Shown here in pieces: positions 37,355-40,145 of a stretch of 40,145 nucleotides of DNA. This DNA comes from Pseudomonadota bacterium. GTDB lineage: Bacteria > Desulfobacterota > Anaeroferrophillalia > Anaeroferrophillales > Tharpellaceae. Under the pieces are notes generated by a model. It did not search any database. It worked only from the letters and a program-made list of their open reading frames with translations, and was not told the origin of the DNA. Every line of letters starts with the position of its first letter. Position 1 is the first letter of the stretch. The position numbers were made by a program, and so were the translations under genes. Location of the stretch: positions 1-40,145 of the forward strand of contig DAOWHJ010000154.1 in assembly GCA_030641485.1 (NCBI GenBank), in the 5' to 3' direction.

Positions 37355-39382
37355 TTAACCTTTAAGTTTCCGGACCTTTAAAATTCTTAACTCACGAGTT
37401 TGTGAGGCCTCATTGAAGACCAAAAGTTCACGGCTGTTGCGGGTTATTTGGCTGATACGTTTGAGCACCTTATCACGCAAGCTGGAAAAATGGGATTGCC
37501 CGCGAATAGAGTAAATAATCTGGTTTAGGATTGGTAAATTTTCAGTCTGGTCAAGTTCACCTTCGGTTTCAAGTAGTCGATCAAAAATTGCGGTGATTGC
37601 TTCTCTGAAAAAACCGCTGTAACGTCGGGTCCGATGTACTACTAGCGCAAAACAATCACTGCCGTCAACCTCGATTTCAGAGAGTAGGTGCATGGTTAAG
37701 AGTAGGGGGAAATCACGCGGGTCAGAGGTGCTCTGGCTGTTGCCTGGGCTCAGCATCAGTTTGACTAACTCGGTTGGTTGTTGCTGAAGAGATGTGAACA
37801 GTTCAGTCTGGCTTGGAGCGGTTGCCATAATCGCATGGGTTACCATTTTTTTTATGGTGAGGTTTGAAATTTCAGGATGTTGCTGAAAAAATTCAGCTAA
37901 AGCGGCCGACATTTTTTCCAGGTCCTGACCTTTGGTCAGGCGTTCCTTGATCGTTAGTTTGCGTTTTTCGTCGCGGTCTTTAAGTAGATCCAGAAGAGTG
38001 CCGATGTCGGAGCTTTTGAGCTGCGGAGAGATGAGATTTAAGAGACGGTATGAAAAACTCCAGTCAATGTCGTTGATAAGGGTTAAAATATGGTGACGAA
38101 TTTCATAGCGGTCTGCGTGGCGGCACATAAAGAGAGCGAGTTCACGGTAGTGCGGCTTTAAGACTGGGCTGGATGTTTTTTTCAGAATTTCAACCCATTT
38201 GTCACTGTCGCCCAGTGCGGCCAGGGCTTGAAGTATTTGAGGGTAGAGTTCAATTTTCTCCGACCATTGACTCAAAGAGTCTGCAATTGTCCGGTTCTCT
38301 CCCGGCCATTTGGGGCCCGCAAGGGCGTGAAAAACAGAGTGGAGTTCTTTCTCTTTGTCGGTTTTTGCCATTATGCGGTAGAGGGCTTGCAAGGCTTCTG
38401 GAGTGCGCATGTGACCCAAGGCAGCCAGGGCCTTTTGTCGTTCCTCAAGATTGCCCTGCAGGGCTCTTTTTTGCAGGAGTTCAATCGCTTCTGCTGTCTG
38501 ACACCAGGCTAAATCTTCTAGTGCGGCCGCTCTTTTTTTCCGGCGCCATGATTTTCCGGCCTGGAGTAGTTTTTGATAGCCGTTTGTATCTTGGAGGCGG
38601 GCCAAAGCCCCGGCGGCGGCGGGAATCTCATCAATAAGACTGATAAGGTTTGCTTTGCAGCCTGAAAGTTGGAGGCGACCAGCTGCCCGGGCCGCAGCTT
38701 CGGTTGTTGGTGAGCTGGTTGTCAGTAAGTTTGTTACAAATTCATCAATCTGGGTTTTAAGGTCAGGTTCTATCGGTAGTCCGATAAGGTCTAAAAGTTC
38801 CGGCCTTTTTTTGACCAGAGCAAAGTCATCTTTCAGGAGCAGATCATTGAAAAAGGTGTCTGGATACTGTTTTTTGAACTGGGTTAAAGCGGATAATCTG
38901 GTGTCAGGTTCAGGGATACTCAAGAGCAGATTCAAGGTGAGTTCTGGGGGGAATATTCTGATGGCAGTGGCGGTCGCAGCATCGACGGCCTGGTTACGGC
39001 TGAGTAGAGAGTGAAAGTAATTGAAAAAAGAGGCTTCTGGATGATTGCCAGAGAGTGGTTTTTTGAGCTTGTTAATCTCGCTGTGATTACCTTCCGGATC
39101 GTCGACCCCAATTTTTTCCAGAGCCAGGAGCAGGAAATGGCTACCCCCTAAAAACCAGGCCGCAGCCAGGATCAGGTGCAGGTTGATGTCACTAGCACCG
39201 TTAAGGCGGCCTGCCATCTTCAGGCATAAGGTCTGGGCTTGTTTATACTCTCGTGAAGAGCGGGCATAGTTTTGCAGTATTACTTGTGTTTGTTGCAGGA
39301 GATTGAGAACCCGCCAGCGCAGTTCCCAGTTCTCTGCCAACAGATCGTCAATTATATCGGGTGAGGGGACCAGCTCTCTCAT
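37355..39382 (-). CDS. HEAT/PBS-lyase-like repeat alpha-solenoid protein
   Basis: Leu/Ala-rich helical repeats (AAARAAGRL, AAGALARL, RAAALEDLA, RQKALAALGHM); first gene of the operon. Confidence 0.7.
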   Translation of the reverse strand: MRELVPSPDIIDDLLAENWELRWRVLNLLQQTQVILQNYARSSREYKQAQTLCLKMAGRLNGASDINLHLILAAAWFLGGSHFLLLALEKIGVDDPEGNHSEINKLKKPLSGNHPEASFFNYFHSLLSRNQAVDAATATAIRIFPPELTLNLLLSIPEPDTRLSALTQFKKQYPDTFFNDLLLKDDFALVKKRPELLDLIGLPIEPDLKTQIDEFVTNLLTTSSPTTEAAARAAGRLQLSGCKANLISLIDEIPAAAGALARLQDTNGYQKLLQAGKSWRRKKRAAALEDLAWCQTAEAIELLQKRALQGNLEERQKALAALGHMRTPEALQALYRIMAKTDKEKELHSVFHALAGPKWPGENRTIADSLSQWSEKIELYPQILQALAALGDSDKWVEILKKTSSPVLKPHYRELALFMCRHADRYEIRHHILTLINDIDWSFSYRLLNLISPQLKSSDIGTLLDLLKDRDEKRKLTIKERLTKGQDLEKMSAALAEFFQQHPEISNLTIKKMVTHAIMATAPSQTELFTSLQQQPTELVKLMLSPGNSQSTSDPRDFPLLLTMHLLSEIEVDGSDCFALVVHRTRRYSGFFREAITAIFDRLLETEGELDQTENLPILNQIIYSIRGQSHFSSLRDKVLKRISQITRNSRELLVFNEASQTRELRILKVRKLKG

Positions 39383-39408
39383 AAGGTAGTTTTGAAAAAT
39401 TGTAAAAA

Positions 39409-39491
39409 TGATGGCTAAGTAAAAAGTCCGAACAACGCAGTAGATCGAATTTTTTACTTAGCCATTCCGAGACTTTTTACTAGTGCATCAA
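39409..39491. repeat. Short copy of the palindromic repeat
   Basis: Perfect 15-bp IR atggctaagtaaaaa (39411-39425) / tttttacttagccat (39451-39465); gtagatcgaatttttt resembles gtagatcggactttttt at 32712; a second right end gactttttactagtgcatc follows. Confidence 0.7.
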
Positions 39492-39597
39492 ACATGTTTG
39501 GTAATTTAGATGTTTTTTTGTTATGGAGGTACCATACACCAAGATATTGTTCATAACAACTGTAAAATTACGTTTTCTTGTTGCCTGAGGGGGATTT

Positions 39598-39945
39598 ATG
39601 GATTTTGACAGAGATTATCTTAAGCGCTTTCTACACGATGACCTTGAGGCGATGGGGTTTGGTGATGAAGGTGCTGCCGAGATTGTTGCGGCTCTGTGTG
39701 AGGCTGTGAGTGAATATCTGCCCGCACTTCGAAGTGCGGTTAGTGCTAAGCAAATAGTAGAGGTCGGTTTTTTTGCGCATGCTTTAAAAGGGACTTTTAA
39801 TAATTTCAGTGCAGCCCCGTTTGCTATGTTAACCGAACTTTTTTTGTCGATTGAGACGGAAGGGAAAGGTGCCGGTGATCAGGACACTGTCAGTAAGCTG
39901 ATGGCGGAAGTTGAGATTAAAATGAAAGATTGGGTTGAGGAGTGA
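39598..39945 (+). CDS. Hpt (histidine phosphotransfer) domain protein
   Basis: AHALKGT H-box in a helical 115-aa protein; gagggg RBS. Confidence 0.8.
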   Translation: MDFDRDYLKRFLHDDLEAMGFGDEGAAEIVAALCEAVSEYLPALRSAVSAKQIVEVGFFAHALKGTFNNFSAAPFAMLTELFLSIETEGKGAGDQDTVSKLMAEVEIKMKDWVEE

Positions 39946-40000
39946 CTGGTCAAATGTGCTTTAAATTAGGCTATTTAGATACTTGAATGTTTTACTAGCC

Positions 40001-40052
40001 ATAACAAAAAAGTCCACTCCGTTAAATTCAGCGGGGTGGACTTTTTTGTTAT
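40001..40052. terminator. Intrinsic (probably bidirectional) terminator
   Basis: ataacaaaaaagtccactccg...cggggtggacttttttgttat stem with A/T tracts on both sides. Confidence 0.8.
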
Positions 40053-40145
40053 TTTCGGTCGGGCACTAAGTAAAACTACGGCGCTGTAGACGAATAGGTT
40101 TGAAAAGCAAAACCGGTCGCATTGCCGATATATACTGTGACCGTA

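Overview
About 40 kb of chromosome from an anaerobic Gram-negative bacterium, probably Desulfobacterota/deltaproteobacterial (inferred from gene content); standard genetic code. Left to right: (1) the 3' end of a NuoF/HydB-like gene plus a NuoG-N-terminal-like Fe-S gene; (2) miscellaneous Fe-S, SDR, S4, RluA, DUF523 and receiver genes; (3) a near-complete dcw cluster (mraZ-rsmH-ftsL-ftsI-murF-mraY-murD-ftsW-murG-murC-[BON lipoprotein]-murB-ddl-ftsQ-ftsA-ftsZ) lacking murE; (4) an orphan umuD; (5) a three-gene minus-strand operon encoding an outer-membrane beta-barrel, a 12-heme lipoprotein and a giant octaheme cytochrome; (6) a HEAT-repeat/degenerate Hsp70/Ycf46-AAA/DUF1257/DUF2997 operon; (7) an Hpt gene. 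A family of short palindromic repeats occupies several intergenic gaps. Main finding: the ORF track splits the giant cytochrome into 128-aa and 1206-aa pieces, but these are one reading frame interrupted by a single in-frame UGA (29239-29237). A SECIS-like hairpin follows (upper stem after an 11-nt spacer, AGGU loop). This predicts a 1341-aa secreted selenocysteine-containing octaheme cytochrome c, encoded with a porin-cytochrome conduit. Family assignments come from motif recognition only; no database searches were run.
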